Below, piece by piece: positions 11,115 through 24,994 of a stretch of DNA of 64,000 nucleotides. The position numbers were made by a program, and so were the translations under genes. Origin of the DNA: Convolutriloba macropyga (taxonomy: Eukaryota). Location of the stretch: assembly GCF_964194025.1 (NCBI RefSeq), contig NC_134479.1, positions 23,126,001 to 23,190,000 on the forward strand, given 5' to 3'. The notes under the pieces are model-generated. The model ran no database searches. It saw only the letters and a list, made by a program, of their open reading frames with translations, and had not been told where the DNA came from. The stretch's first letter is position 1. Each line of letters opens with the position of its first letter.

Positions 11115-11541
11115 TGTTACAAAATAAATGTACAACATTGTCCAATCACAATTGAGTTTTTAAATACGAATTTGAATGAGATTATATTACATTCTAACAT
11201 ACGTAGAAAGTTCCGAAAAAGTTCATTTAACCTAATTTTAGGTAAATAAAACCACGCTGTGTTTCGATTAAGGTGATTTTTGGCTGAATATTTTTAGGTT
11301 CTCTACACGATTGTTGTCCAATTATGAACTGATTTTGACGTCAATAACATCAGACGAAACAACCTGGTAAATGAACATCGAAAAATCTTGCCGTCTAAGC
11401 TTCTCTTGTTCTTTAGGATTGAATTTACGTTGAAGTTAATACGTCTTAATAATTATATGTTGCGGATGTCACCTTGCTTGCTGTAATGGAGCTTATATGA
11501 ACGAGTTCAAATATCGAACTACAGTTCTTTTCTGAGTTACA
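11115..11541 (+). repeat. 5' LTR of BEL/Pao element
   Basis: TGTTAC...GTTACA termini; bases 11199-11541 align with 16881-17208. Confidence 0.8.
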
Positions 11542-11543
11542 TT

Positions 11544-11561
11544 TGGTGCGGAGACCTGGGA
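11544..11561 (+). promoter_or_regulatory. Primer-binding site, tRNA-Phe-like
   Basis: TGGTGCGGAGACCTGGGA 2 nt after the LTR; 15/18 match to the tRNA-Phe 3' complement TGGTGCCGAAACCCGGGA. Confidence 0.65.
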
Positions 11562-11919
11562 TTACGAATGTTGTTTCAAATTTTAAGTGACGATGTTCTT
11601 TGTACGTTTTATTGCCAGAACTTCTGACATTCCCAATGAAAATGGGAACATCAACCTCCCTTTTAGACAATCAGCAACAAATGTTGACTAATTGCACATC
11701 TCTTAAAATTAGTTATTAGTTAACCAGTTATTGATAATTTGTTTTACCAAATGAATACTCAAAAATGTTTTCATTTACCTCCTTACAACATTGTGTTGTG
11801 CATTGTTCAACTGGGTTTTTAAAATTGGGTTTCTCAGGTAACAGCTATCGAAATCAAGGAGACGGCTGGTCTGGGCAAGGCTCCCTGAGTATTTCTAGGA
11901 CCGAATGTGCTGAGTGATC

Positions 11920-14900
11920 TCAAAATTCGCCATTGGTGCATGTGCAATGTCCAGTTACAGAAATACAATATCCAGACGAATCCAATGAAGTGCAGGACTA
12001 TATGTGCGCAATTTTTCAATGACAAGGAGTTTGTCTCAAAACAAATAGCTGAAAACAACGAAACTTCAGAAACCTTAAGACAGAACAAAACAATTTTCCA
12101 TTTCAACCAACTGCTCCAGCAAGTCCAAACACCCAACAGCACAATGTGGAACCCGCTGTTCCTAATTTTCAAACCCCAACCCCCCCCCCGAGCCCTGTTT
12201 TCGCACCTAACATCACTGCTACTCTTCCGCACGCCCCTTTGATCAATCAGCCTCCCGTCCACAACACTTTTCAAAACAAAATTAACCGAGTACACCAAGT
12301 CGTACGTTCCGTTGCTTCTCCTGTCCCCAATATACCCAATATCCCTCTTGCTCAACAATTTGTGCCAACTGCGATTCATTGCATTTTCTAGAGCATATAA
12401 CGTCAATAGGCAACCAAGGCAATACTACTACCGTAAATAGTTTGCCTCCAAATGTACAGGCACATAGTTTACCATAAACTATTATTATTCCGCTACAAAT
12501 ATATTAGAACTCATCCCCTTTTGATTGATATGCAATCGCCATCATGTATACAGCAGTAGAGCCCAATTGCAACTGCCAATAATGCCGTATCTGGTCTATC
12601 CACTCCAACTTTTCAGCCAACACATCTTATAATGGGCCCACTCCGTTGAGCTGGAATGTTCCGCAGGTGTCTGCACCTGCCCCTCCAATAGCAGACAATG
12701 CGTCTACGATTAGGGAAATAGCTAGAAGAAATAACAAGCAAAGTGACACTTTGCCCGGATGGAAACTAGCATAACAGAATGGCGATCCATTGCAATGGCA
12801 GATTGATACGGTCAATTAAAAAGAGCGATTGACTCGCAAACGCTAACCGATCACGGTAAATTGACATACCTTAAAGCTCTCGTCACTGATAAAGACAAGA
12901 TTAAAATCTAAGGGTGTGTCTACTGTGGTTTGTACAAGCATGCACTGAGGACTTCAAAACTTAGTTTTGGCCAGCCAAAGGCAGTCGTAAGTGCAAACTT
13001 GGATAAAAACAATGTTTCAAGCCTCTTAAATTGCACAATAGTGATAACATCATCAACTATTCTGCAGCAATATCCAGCCTCGTCGGGGTCTTCAAGTCAC
13101 TATCATATGACGATGACTTGAGGAGCACTTCACTACTTAAGCAAAGGGTACAGAAGGTACCACCAATTATGAAGGAGTTGTGTCGCTCTTAAAAAGTTAA
13201 AAACCACCATGTTTAGTCTACCCTCCTTGACTTTAACGATTAGCTTAGAAAAAGCCTGAAGCCCAAAATCTTATGCAACAATGCGCAGCCATGGCAAAAC
13301 CTGAAAATAACAGCAACTCTGAAGCCAAGACCAAAACATTCTGAAAATTGTTTGCATCAAATTCAAAACAAAGGGAAACAAAGAAGCAAATGCCAACTTT
13401 GCCCACAAACACTTATTCTTGCTGCATTGTATGCAAAGGCAACCACTGGTTATGGGAGTGCCGAGTTTCCAAGAAAAACTTCAACCCAGAGAGCTAAGTT
13501 GTTGGCGGATAATAAACTGCGCACTTCGCGCTTACGGGACAAGCACACAAACCGACAGTGCCCTCAACCAAAACAGTACCGGGCGAAAGGGTGGAAAGAT
13601 TGCATAAAACAATATTGCATGGAGCAGAAAAGGTTTTCCCGAAAAAACAGTCAACAAACCCCAATATTGTTCAGAATTCTGGCAACACTGGTCAAATTGA
13701 AGCACCCACTAGTCAACAGCCGTCTAAAAAGACCACAACGACGTCATTTGTTACTGATATTAAGGTGCTACTTCAGGTGACTGAATTGCAGTTGCTCATG
13801 TCGTCCTGTCTAGATAGCAAGGCTTTAGTTTTGTGTGATACCGCCCGCAGTAACTCTTTTGTGGCCAGTATTCTCGCTTATAGACTCGGTTTGCACGGTA
13901 AAGCACTAAAGCTGGGAGTCAAAAGAATTAATACCGAAGAAGTAGTTGATACCACGGTTGTTAAAACCAACGAAACAGAAGGATTTTGAACCATTTACCA
14001 TCAAACTTTTCTTTAAAAAGGGTCTGTACGTGGGCTCCGATGTAACTGATGTACAACAGCTGCAGGAGACTTACACACACTTAGCCGTCATTGATTCCGT
14101 GACGTATTCCTATAAGGGCGTTGATATGATGTTCCGCCAAGGTGTCTTTCGAGCAATCCGCCATTTTGAACACTTCTCTGCCGCTGAGAAGCATTCATCT
14201 GTTGCCGTAAACTTACCCATAAGGGGTCTTAAGCGGTCCATTATCATCGAGTTTTCGTTTAACCTCAACGTGCTTTAACTTGGATATCGAACAAGGCAAT
14301 GAGTTAGCTAGTCAAGTAAAGTCATGGTACAACATTGAAGGATTCGGGGGCAAACATGCAGGTTAACCCACGATCTGCAGCAGACGCAAGGACTCACGAA
14401 ATCCTTGAAAACACCAGCGTACAAAACCCAGCTCTCGAAAAATTACTTCTCCTCCCTTGTGCAATTGAAGTATATCGAAAAACGATTGGCAAAGGAAGAA
14501 GATCTTACGGAGAATAATAGTGGTACCCTCAAAGAAGATCTAGATAAGGGATATGTAATTTAGTTTCCGGACGCTCAGGAGGTTGACAACCGGTCCGATT
14601 AAGAGTGGTACCTACACCACCATCCGGTTTTGAACCCGAACAAACCAGGTAGGGTGCGTAGGGTACTCAATGAAGCAGCAAATTTTCGCGGTGCCACTTA
14701 GAACAGGTCCTTGCTCACTGGCCCTCATCTGCTCTAAAAACTTATTTTTGAACTTCTCCGCTTCCGACAACAGTCATATACCGTCTCTGCCAACATCGAG
14801 GGAACGTTTCTACCTCAGGTTGGTGTATTACCATCAGATCAAACATCATTTTGCTTTCTGCAGCAAGAGGACTCCATAACTAACGTTGCGGTGAATAAAT

Positions 14901-16878
14901 ATATGCGAAATATTTTTTCGGCTACAGACTCGCCAACTCGCCAAAAGCGGTAAAAGCCATCTTTGAAAACTTTTACATGGACAATTACCTTGACTGTGTG
15001 AAGTAACCTGAGATATCAATTAATAGATCTAAGGACTTGGTCAATCTTCCCCATCTCAGTGGGTTCAAGCTTACAACATTTGGAAGCAATGTGTCAAATG
15101 TGGCTGATTGAATTGATGGTTCTTCTCAGTCTACTGAGCCCAAGGTTAATGTTTTATGCCACGAGGATTTATTGCGGCATAAAACACTACTGTTGGTGCG
15201 CTACTACTCTTGAAAGACATCTGGGGTCATACAGGACAACAATGGAACGACGTGCTCCCACAGAAACTGGTTCAATGGTTTCTGGTTTGGAGTGCGGCCT
15301 CACCAAATCTTCACAACCTCAAAATCCATCGAAGTAAGTTTAGTTGACTCTTTGATAATGTAGAAGTGCATCTGTCCGGTGACAGTTCCTAGGATACTTT
15401 CTGTGCTGTCGCATTCCTTTGAGCCCAAATAACATTCCCATTCTATGGGAATGTTAAAAACAGAGCTTGCATTTGTCTTGGGGTAAACGGGTGTGGCGCC
15501 GAAGAAAGTAATGACTGTCCCAATAATGAAATTGCAAGCATTTCTTCTTGCCACTCGACTGAAGAACGAAACTATGCGGGAACTTATTTTAACGGATAAC
15601 CAAAAATCCATTTGGACAGACAGCACGACTGTTTATCAATGCAATAACTCTAATGAGAAGCAACCAAACTCTGTTGCAAACTGCGTTTGCGAAACTTTGG
15701 AGTACACCAGCGTTGAACAATGGAATCCAAGTCACAATTAAGGATAATCCAGCTGACGCTGGTACGCGTGGAATGCCCGCTGAATTTTTGAAACTAAGCA
15801 GTTGGATCAAAGGTCCACATTTATTAACTAAGACACGTTTTCCGTTCGTCAAGAATAAAGGCGTCAATAATAACATCAAACTTGGCGTCAACCAAGCAGT
15901 CTCTATGGAAGACACATCTCTTGCTACAATTGTTAAAAAACAGACAACACCCGCTACCTCTTTAATCTCATTTGGTAACTTCAACTCTTACCGAAAGAAC
16001 GTAACTCGGGAATTGCCGCATGCATTCTCCAACCTTTACCGAAATATGCCGGCTACTGTAACATCGAGCGTAGCTTTACTGACCCTACTGAGAATGACAA
16101 AGCCGAGCATCATCTCCAGTACTTGGCGCAGTGAGAGTCTTTTGAAGCCGACAGGAGGTATCTTCATGACAATCAATCGCTTAAACGGAGCAGCCGAATT
16201 GCTACACATTCACTGTTCATTAGTAGAAAAGCACTAATCCGTTTCTCGGGCCTAATCAAGCGGTTAGGGAAAGTTGGGTTTAACGTAAAGTACCAAATAT
16301 TCTTACCTATACGTCACCAGTTTGCGAATCTGTTCCATGAGCATATCCATGTAAAGCATTACCATACGGGCGTCCATTAATTGTACAGGAACACTAAACA
16401 GTAGTGAAACTAAGATAATCTTTGCGTTCCGTCACAACGCACACTGCCTGTGATGCCCAGAATTCCAACGTAAAACTATGCAACCAATCATGTCTCACTT
16501 ACCTAAGGAGAGACATGCCTACCAGTACCACCCTTCACGAACACCTATGTTGACAACTTTCGGCCGTTTTATGTAACTGACCGCCGTACTACTGAGAAAA
16601 ATCTGGATTCCTTTTCACTTGTCTTTCTACTCGCTCCATGTGGAGATAGTTACATCCACTGACAACAGTTCTTGTGTTATGGGAGTTGAGCGGTTTGTGT
16701 GACGTAGGGCTACACCTGCCATGAACTGGTCGGACAATGGCAACAACTTTAATGGAGCGGAGAAACCATTCCCAGAAAGCATCGAAAAGTGGAATGTTGT
16801 CAACATTGCAGCTGAGCTATTCATTGGATGTTATTAAATTTATTTAAGTGGAGGTTCAATCCACCCAGCGCACCACAT
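11920..16878 (+). pseudogene. BEL/Pao gag-pol remnant, heavily disrupted and 3'-truncated
   Basis: Domain motifs in BEL order with many stops and frameshifts; the integrase breaks off after WRFNPPSAPH. Confidence 0.88.
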
Positions 16879-16880
16879 AT

Positions 16881-17208
16881 ATACGTTGAAAGTTCCGAAA
16901 AAGTTTTTTAACCTAATATTAGTAAAATATAACCACGATATGTATCGACTAAGGTGCTTTATATTTTCAGGTTTTCCCCACGATTGTTGACAGATTATGT
17001 ATAGATTTTGACGTCAATAACATCAGACAATAAAACCTGTTAAATGAACATCAAAAAACCTTGCCATCAAAAACTTTCTAAGCTTCTCTTGTTCTTTACG
17101 ATTGATATTACGTTGAAATTAATACGTCTTAGTGCTTACTTGTTTATATCACGTTGCTTGCTATATTGGAGCTTATATGAACGATTTCAAGTGTCGAACT
17201 GAGTTACA
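16881..17208 (+). repeat. 3' LTR of BEL/Pao element (5'-truncated)
   Basis: Direct repeat of the 5' LTR lacking its first ~85 bp; ends GAGTTACA followed by AATCG. Confidence 0.82.
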
Positions 17209-17219
17209 AATCGACTTCC

Positions 17220-17328
17220 AACATGTGCATCTTTGTTTGTTTAAGCATAACAAACAACGGGTTTTTTGTAGAAAACATGTGCATCTTTGTTTGTTTAAGC
17301 GTAACAAACAACGGGTTTTTTGTAGAAA
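17220..17328. repeat. 54-bp tandem duplication
   Basis: AACATGTGCATCTTTGTTTGTTTAAGCRTAACAAACAACGGGTTTTTTGTAGAA occurs twice. Confidence 0.9.
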
Positions 17329-18541
17329 AAGAATATACGCATTCATGAAAACGTTTGCATGTTGTTGGCGTTTACAATTTCGAGAAAAATAGATAAAAGA
17401 GAAATTTTTTGGGTCTAAATTTTTTGATAACCTCAGAGTTTTGTGAACAGTTGTATTATTGCAAACATGTATTTGTTTGTTAACGCTCAACTACTTAGTT
17501 CATCTAAGGAAATGCCTGAAAACAGCATTTTCCATATATTTTTTTTTAGTTTATACATGCTTTTTATCAGGATATTTTTTGATTTTGTGCCTCAATGCTG
17601 ATGAGGGATGACAACAATGTCAACAAAGATAAAAATCAATTATCGGTTCCAATGTGTTTAAATCAACATAGAACGACAAATTCCGAGAGATGTCAAAATA
17701 GGCCACATTTTGTCGACAATTTTCCGAAATTTGCGCGAAATTAATTGTACCCAAAAGTTACGCACCTAATTTCTTTGCAGAATGAGAACTCTTCAAAATA
17801 AATGTTTACTTTTTGTAGTGAAATTCTACACGCAGAGAGCTTCAAAACAAGATCACTTCTGTTACTCTTTGATGCCAAAAAAACGAAGAATGTCAGAACA
17901 GAAAATAGTGGGGCTTGCATATAGTTTTCACTTTTTTCAGAAAAGACGAGAACAAAAATTTGTTGAAGGCGCCAAAAATTAGAGTCAATTTTCCAATGTC
18001 TATTCAATTTGTTTATATATTAATAAAACATGTTTATATATGCTACATTTTTGATATATCATACTTTCGCCACGTTCTGATACTTTTTATTTAAAACCTG
18101 GTATCTCTGAGTCACATGACATCAATATCTATTTGAAGCTAAATTGTTTGTAATTTTTTAGTTTTTAAATTGTATTTTAATGGTGTTGTTCCCTAATAAA
18201 TATTCTTCTAAGTGGTCTTTTCTCAGTCAGCACTTCGCATTTGATCTTTATGAAATCTTGAAATAGCTCTTCTACAGTGAAAACCTACTAAAACTTTACG
18301 AGAAATATTTGTTTGTCAGCAGCTCATAGGGTATTAAATTTTTAAGATTATTAGGATCCATATTCCCTTTATAGACACTCTGACTTTCAGGAACTGGCAT
18401 GTTCTGTGATTCATCTTGTAAAATCACATTGTAGGAGCTATTTAGAATCTTACAGGATGATTGTTTTGGATTTTATGTGATATCAATCTACCAGATTGTT
18501 AGAAGATGCCCCTTTTTGTTATTATGTTCGATGAATCTTAC

Positions 18542-18722
18542 GCGTTATTGTGATTTGTAATGACTTTACAAGAACTCATGATCTGTCCCCACTTAGAGAA
18601 TGGTCCCTGAAGCGCAGCGTAGCATCGATTATCTTTGAATCCGAGTTTTCTCAATAATTTGGAATCATTTAAGCCTTTGAACATTGGTGGACATGCTCTG
18701 ATACCGGCTGGGAGGTTTCCAT
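18542..18722 (-). CDS. Probable exon encoding the N-terminal part of a C-type lectin domain
   Basis: TTTCAG acceptor, then DGNLPAGIRACPPMFKG..DNRCYAALQGPFSKWGQIMSSCK (CP..CY..W...C pattern), then a GTAAGA donor. Confidence 0.5.
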
Positions 18723-18789
18723 CTGAAACAGTTAATATAGTAATATTATATGCCAGAGCCCATGTCAACAGATTTTAATTATTTGCTGC

Positions 18790-18944
18790 TACTGAGACGC
18801 TGCGCGACTATGCATCGTTGATGCCAGATCAGGATTCAAAATAGTGCGACCAAAAAGTATGGTCCAGACAATGTATTTATCGTCTGAGAAGGTTACCCGC
18901 CAGACAACAAATTGTCGAATCATTTTTTACCTCCTTACTCCGGG
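18790..18944. mobile_element. Terminal fragment of the same DNA transposon family as 29067-30179
   Basis: CCAGAC..TGTATTTATCGTCTGAGA..CCAGACAA..ATTGTC.AATCAT..ACCT...ACTCCGGG matches 30040-30179. Confidence 0.7.
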
Positions 18945-21561
18945 TAAGCTAATTTTTGTAATTGTGAGACATTGTATAGTATAATAGCAATCAAAATGTT
19001 TTAATAAAAAATATTTTACTATGGCTAATTGCCTAAAAGCATAATGGTATAATAGCACCATTGTCGCCCTATCCCATACTACAATACTCTTTTTACATGT
19101 TTTACGATACTTTTTGTGGAATTAAAAAATTAAATTGGACGGTTTGTTTTATTTTGTCGCTGGTTCATAATGTACTGACGAAAATACTTTAAAAGAGGCA
19201 AAAATTGGAACTGAATGAAGACTCAACATCACAAAAAAGTTTCAAAACTTAAGACTTATCACTGGTTATGAAACAAAACTTTTCATTCATTCAAAAAATA
19301 ATAAAGAGTTTTTCAAATAAAGCTGCGTAACCATATCTTTGAAACAATTCTAAAAATTGAATCTGAGAAAGTGAGAACTTTTTTAATCAAGATTTGAATC
19401 TCTCGTCTTTTCTTTTCACCTTAATTTTCATTCCTCGTTTTTCAACCTCAATTTTCAATCTAACTTTTGCTCACCTTTTCTTCATATTATCAATACCAAA
19501 TACATCAGTTTCGCTATAAGTCCCAAAACATTCTCGCTTTCTTTTCAATACCAACTCTAGAAGGAACTATTTCAAGAAAGTTTCAAGAGACTCTAAAAAA
19601 TTAGATGGTTGTGACATGTGTTTTGAGTTATTCACAACAATTTATTTTTTTACTGATAATTCGACAGTGCTCATGTCAAACTTTTTTTGCATTTTCCAAA
19701 ATCTGAGCGGTATATTGCTGCTTAGTATAGTTTCTCTCGCAACCCGTGAAAAACATCTGATTTTGTGATTCAGTTCAATGAAGTGACCATTTTATCGTTC
19801 TGATCTCTATTGAGTTTTCAGTGCAGACGTAGATTACCTAGTCGAGGATGGAGGGTTATATTACGAGGCAGACTCTTAAAAGACTCTGCATTTTATGCAA
19901 CAAATTTCTGTCAGATTCCTGCATAAAAACAATTTTTCTGCAGAATTCATAAAAGATAACTATTTTTCTGCACGAGTCCTACACGATGACCATAATTCTG
20001 TCAACCAGATTCCGATAAGATACCACTTTTTGGGTAAAGATCAAAATTTGTCGGGTAAAATATTCATTAAACAAAACTTTAATTATTATGTGATATTTTG
20101 TCCCAGTTAATAAGTATCCTCCAACAAATTAACACTAATTGAGCCTGTAATCTATTATTGCAATTCTCAAACTAACAGACTCTTAATAGTGAAAAAAGAA
20201 GATGAAATCAGGAATAAAGGCTTTAAGTAATAAACTATTTGTATTTTATGAGGCACAATTAGTATGCCATATACTCTCTGGGCAGTACAAGCGTTTAAAG
20301 CCGAAAAAAACTAGATTAGTAATCCACAATATCAAGCAGACTTTTATCAGGAATTGTTTAGTATCCTTCATTTTTTCACTCATTCGATCAATAAGGCAAC
20401 AGAACCCGAAATAAATTTTTTGAGAAAATGAGTTCAGCTGAATAGACATTACCATTTGCAACGACTTCTGTGAGTTTTATCCACATTTTGCAAGACAACT
20501 TTTGTCAAAAATTAGTCATTGTTCCTGTAGATTCTGTCAGTTAATCGTTTTTTTTTCTCTGGTAGACTCTGCAATATAAACCATATTCTGACAGGATTCG
20601 GTATCGACAAAGGAGTGAAAACTGTATAATCAAAAAACTTGATATACATGAATGTAGAAAAAAATGGAGAACCGCATCCTAGTTTGGTTAACAAAAAAGA
20701 AAAAAAAAACAAGGATCGCATGTTTCTTTGCTTTGCACAGAAAATCCCTTATTTTAATTGTCGATTTGAAAAGCTTCACATTTCTTTATTTGCTAGATTC
20801 GCAGATAAGTATAAGCATCCTAACGTCTTTTTTTGTTTCGTGCGACGAATTTTAGTCTGGCATGCTCAAACCAGCAGTTCTCTAAAACTTCAAAGTTTCA
20901 TTAGAACATAAAAAATAACTCCTTTTTTACTCACTCCCGTTAATATTCTCTGGCCTCTTTTCGTCTTCAACGTACTAACTAAATAGATCCCGGTATGAAT
21001 TTAATTGTTTTTCACGCAATAACGCTTTATTGGAAGAGAGAAAAACCCTAATAATCTTTTTGGGCTTGTCTTGTTATCACAGCAATAAAAAATTTATCAC
21101 AGTCCTCTAGTATTGAAACTTAAAAAACGGTATATTCTCTCTAAAACCTTTAAAGTGTTAAAAGTTGTTACACAATTAAAATACTTATAAAACTGGCATT
21201 TTCAAATTTTCGGCGGCTCAAAAATATAACCGAGAAAAAAATCATGTAGGGCTATATATTGGCAGGAACATTGGCAGATATCATGCAGGAATATTCAAAG
21301 CGGAATTTGGCCGCCGTGTGTTCTGATTATTCATATACGCTATGTTAACTGATCGAATATCAGCTCATTGCTTCTTTCTCATTTTTTCTTCTAAATAGTT
21401 TCATAGAAGTTTCTCTTAATTTTAGAAGTTTTGTTTTTTTAAGTAATAATAATTTTAATGGAAATTATCATAAACGCGCTACTTTGGGTCCAAAACAGCC
21501 TTGAGCTAATTAAAACAGTAGATTTCTGAGTCGTTGTTAACTTTGAACTGTTCAAAAACAA

Positions 21562-22309
21562 CCCAGGTCACCACTTCTTAGTAGTCATTCAAAGATCATT
21601 TATGATATCATACAAATCATAACGTATTTCCTATTAAGATCCTTGTATGACTACTAAGAAATCATATATGACTACTAGGAAATCACATATAAGCCTTGTA
21701 TGGCTACAAAAAGCATATATGATCATAGTATGAATACCAAGAAACTATTTTTCAACTATTTTTAACCATTTATGTCTTTTAAAAATTTGTGATTCCCCGG
21801 CATCACTTTGCGATCCGCAAAAAGACCCAAACTTACAATATCATTTGCAAAGTTGGGCACTCAATTAAAGAGTAAGTCTAAATAGATCAATAAAGATCTG
21901 ATATTCTCTGAAGCCAACTTATACCTTTAAAAGTTCATTTATATAGAAATGTTTGAAAAAAAATTGCTGATAACCTCAAATTCGTTTTCTGAAAATATTT
22001 AACGTGGATAATTAATCCTTTAGCACATACAAAGAATCAAATACGGGAAATTGTGGAACCAATCAATGTTTCCTGTATCATATATGACCTTGTATGATTT
22101 CCAAGATATTTTTCAACATCAAAAAAAAATAAACAGTTTTTAGGCTTTGAATTTTTTTATATGATCCCTGTATGATTTCTAGGAATTTATATATGATCCT
22201 TGTATGACCACTAAGAAATCATACAAATCATATATGACCTTGTATTAATACTAGGAATCATACATGACCTAGTATGACTACTATGAATTTTGTATGATGA
22301 GAACCCGGG
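21562..22309. mobile_element. Non-autonomous DNA transposon with ATCATATATGAC subterminal repeats, 2-bp TSD AA
   Basis: CCCAGGT...ACCCGGG termini flanked by AA on both sides; dense GATCATA/GTATGAC repeats at both ends. Confidence 0.65.
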
Positions 22310-22966
22310 AATTTAAAGTTTTAATGCGTACACTACCGAGGAGAAAAATGCAAAAGATAGATTTTAACATTTTTCTGCTAATTCGCATATTTTCTCCAAA
22401 TAAAAAAGCGTTTTTATTATTCTGTGTACATAATTGTAGCAATTGCACATCTCTGTAGTTAGCAAGTGACTATCATCGTTTCTGAGGAGAGTGAAGACCA
22501 ATCTTTCAATTATTTGGTCAGAACTTTCAATTGTTTTTAATTGTTTAAAAAGAATTATTCGCGGGTCTTGTCAAGGGAGCTTAGTTTGGGCTAAAAAGTA
22601 TCTCACCTGTTAAACAAAAATTTCTATCAGACGCCCGTTCTAATTTTATCGAGTTATTTCTCTAAAGACTTCAGGTTCAGTTGAAAGAAAAAGTTTTTTT
22701 TTTAATTTGTGTCTCATTTCTTATATGACTGTTGTAACTTCACTTCTGTATGTTTTTTGAAATCACCCTTCAAGAATCATTGTTATCCCATTTATTTTAA
22801 AAACATCAGGCGTCAAGAATTCTCATTAAAGTCCGATACTGTAAATATCAAGTCAAATTTGGTTTCAATATTCGTTTGCACTTTATCAGTTTGTGGATGA
22901 TTTCAATCAAAATTTGTTTGAGATCAATGTTGGCACAATGATAACGTGATCAAAAATCATAGAAAC

Positions 22967-23552
22967 CTGCGTCAGATGGAGCAGTTGTAGTCGATTTAAC
23001 TGACGTCAGAGGGGTAACATTTGAATCGGAATCAACATTTGCTGTTGAAGTAATTGTTGTCTCAGGAGTAACTTGGCTTCTAAGTTCAAAATCCAGGTCC
23101 AATTCACATACTGCATATGGTTCCAGATCAGGCCTGTCCTTTCCAGTGCAAGATACGTCCCAGACAGTCTCTTCATCTGGGCTGAGAACACAAAATTCCT
23201 CACTGCCTTTATTGTTGGGTTCGCCTGCAGTGAAAAGTCCACTTTTCATTGCAGTAAGGTTTCCACATTGCCCAGGCGCCCATTGCTCAAAGAAGTCGCC
23301 AATTCCTGGAATTCGTCCTGTACCATTGCAGTAGCGAGGTCTTTCAAAACCAAGCCACATTGGAGATTCAGAATCAAAATCAGGAATTATATCGACCAGC
23401 CAATTTCGTATTGTATCGATTTCTGCCTTGCTCTGGGGTGCAAACACGTGAACTTTTTCCCACCTAAAATTGCCATATTTTTGGATGCATATTTTGTAGT
23501 TCAGTTCATCTTGAAAATCTACAATGCCAGAAGCTATTTTCACAGACAGAAG
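22967..23552 (-). CDS. C-type lectin domain (EPN type) plus Ser/Thr-rich stalk; probably an internal exon
   Basis: Open 197-aa frame: FAPQSKAEIDTIRNWL..MWLGFERP..GEPNNKGSEEFCVL..VWDVSC..YAVCE, then VTPETTITSTANVDS. Candidate AG|GT donor at 22967/22966. Confidence 0.8.
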
Positions 23553-24169
23553 CTAATTTGCCTTTCGACATTCTTAGAGCTCATTCCGTGTTTGATAGAA
23601 AAATTTTGAGGCTTCGCAGAAATAACTTTAAAATTTAAAGTTAGTTTCACGGACCATTGCTTGGTTCTCGTTAAAGGAAGGCAACTCTCAATGATGACTT
23701 CAAGTAAACCAACGTAACGCATATATTGTTGTCAATGTTTCCGTGCTTTTCAGCACAAAATGATGAAATGCACTTAAATGATGCTTTTTAAACGCATTCT
23801 CAATACGTGTAGGTTTTGTGCTTTTCGAAAGAGCCGACACGTTGTTTCCTACCAACGGATACCACCTCTTAACGTATTTTTCGGAACTTTTAAAAAGAAT
23901 TAACAAAACTTTGATAAATTTTAGTTCACTCTTTTCGATCTTTTCCGTTTGTGCCCCCATTTACAGAGCACGTGTCATTATATAGTAAATCAATATGTGA
24001 AACTTTTGCACGTGCGTCTGGGTGATGCAAATGATATACACGCAATATTGGTAAGCTGGGGGAGCTCAAACGGGAAAGATTTGTTTTTTTTTTCAATAAA
24101 ACGCTTGAACATCCGTGAATCTATTGGCATTATCAGCAAAGCGTTTTTCATTTATTTACATTTGAATTT

Positions 24170-24730
24170 ATATTTTGATTCAAAATTTGCAGCGCCAGTT
24201 CTGATTGTGTCTGGAATATGTTTTTCGTTGGAATCAAGTTCTGGTTGTGTCTGGAATATGTTTTTGGTTGAAATTAACATTTTATTTATTACCCACAACA
24301 ACAACTCAGGATAAGTACTCGTATCTGGAAATGTCATAGAGTTATTTTCAAATAGCCGACGTTGACGCACCTTGTGAAATTTGCATCACAATTGCGGCGC
24401 AAAACTGACTGAAAATAGACAGACACCACAGTAAAAGTTGGGAAAAAAGTTCTTTTGGTTCATATTTTGTTTCTTTTCATATCTTTTATCTGTTTGATGG
24501 ACCATTATTATGGCTCTTTTGTTGTTCGATGAGAAAAGCACCTAAAATTTTTTTTGTTTTGTCTTGGGTTCCTGAAGCGCATCTTGTAAGAATTACGAGA
24601 AGAGAAATGCGACAAAACAATTCGACCTAAAAGACAGTATGATATACCACTCTACTCTGAATTCCTAATAAGTTTTCTAGTTTCCGCCTTAATAACTTTG
24701 GTTGGCTAACAGAAATTAGCTGTAGAAGTT
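24170..24730 (-). pseudogene. Degenerate segment paralogous to 25840-26300; possible lectin-family 5' exon/stalk remnant
   Basis: Aligns with 25840-26300. Encodes a hydrophobic LLLWCLSIFSQFCAAIV stretch, a candidate ~46-nt GT..CAG intron and HIPDTT/LDSN repeats. Confidence 0.4.
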
Positions 24731-24994
24731 TCTACCGTCAAAATTTTGCAAAAAAAATACGAGTTTTGCATTGAAAAGCTGCGGGAAACATTTTTTTTCA
24801 CAAGCATAGAGCTCACATTTTTTCGCGTTGATATAAGTGAAGTCCCTAAATTTGTGTTAGATTTACTGATTTTCGGTTAATAGCGGTAAAACTTTAGAAT
24901 TGGGATTGAACTCAACCTTTAGTAAGAGAAACAGTTGTCGCTGGAATAAAATTTGGGTGAAAGTTAATCTTTGCAGCATAAATTACAGTTATCT

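Larger units (their letters stand above)
11115..17208 (+). mobile_element. Decayed BEL/Pao LTR retrotransposon
   Basis: Paired LTRs and near-matching 5-bp TSD (AACCG/AATCG). PBS follows the 5' LTR. Domain order is gag (NGDPLQWQ, GQPKAVV, CIVCKGNHWLWEC), protease (LCDTARSNSFV), RT (HHPVLNPNKPGRVRRV, NFYMDNYL), RNase H (WTDSTTV, DNPADAGTRG), integrase (SDNGNNFNGAE, WRFNPPSAPH). Confidence 0.92.

Noticed and set aside
11834-12406. 190-aa minus-strand ORF
   Set aside because: Antisense to the Pro/Gln-rich BEL gag region; no independent support.
23073-23609. 178-aa plus-strand ORF
   Set aside because: Antisense shadow of the lectin exon.
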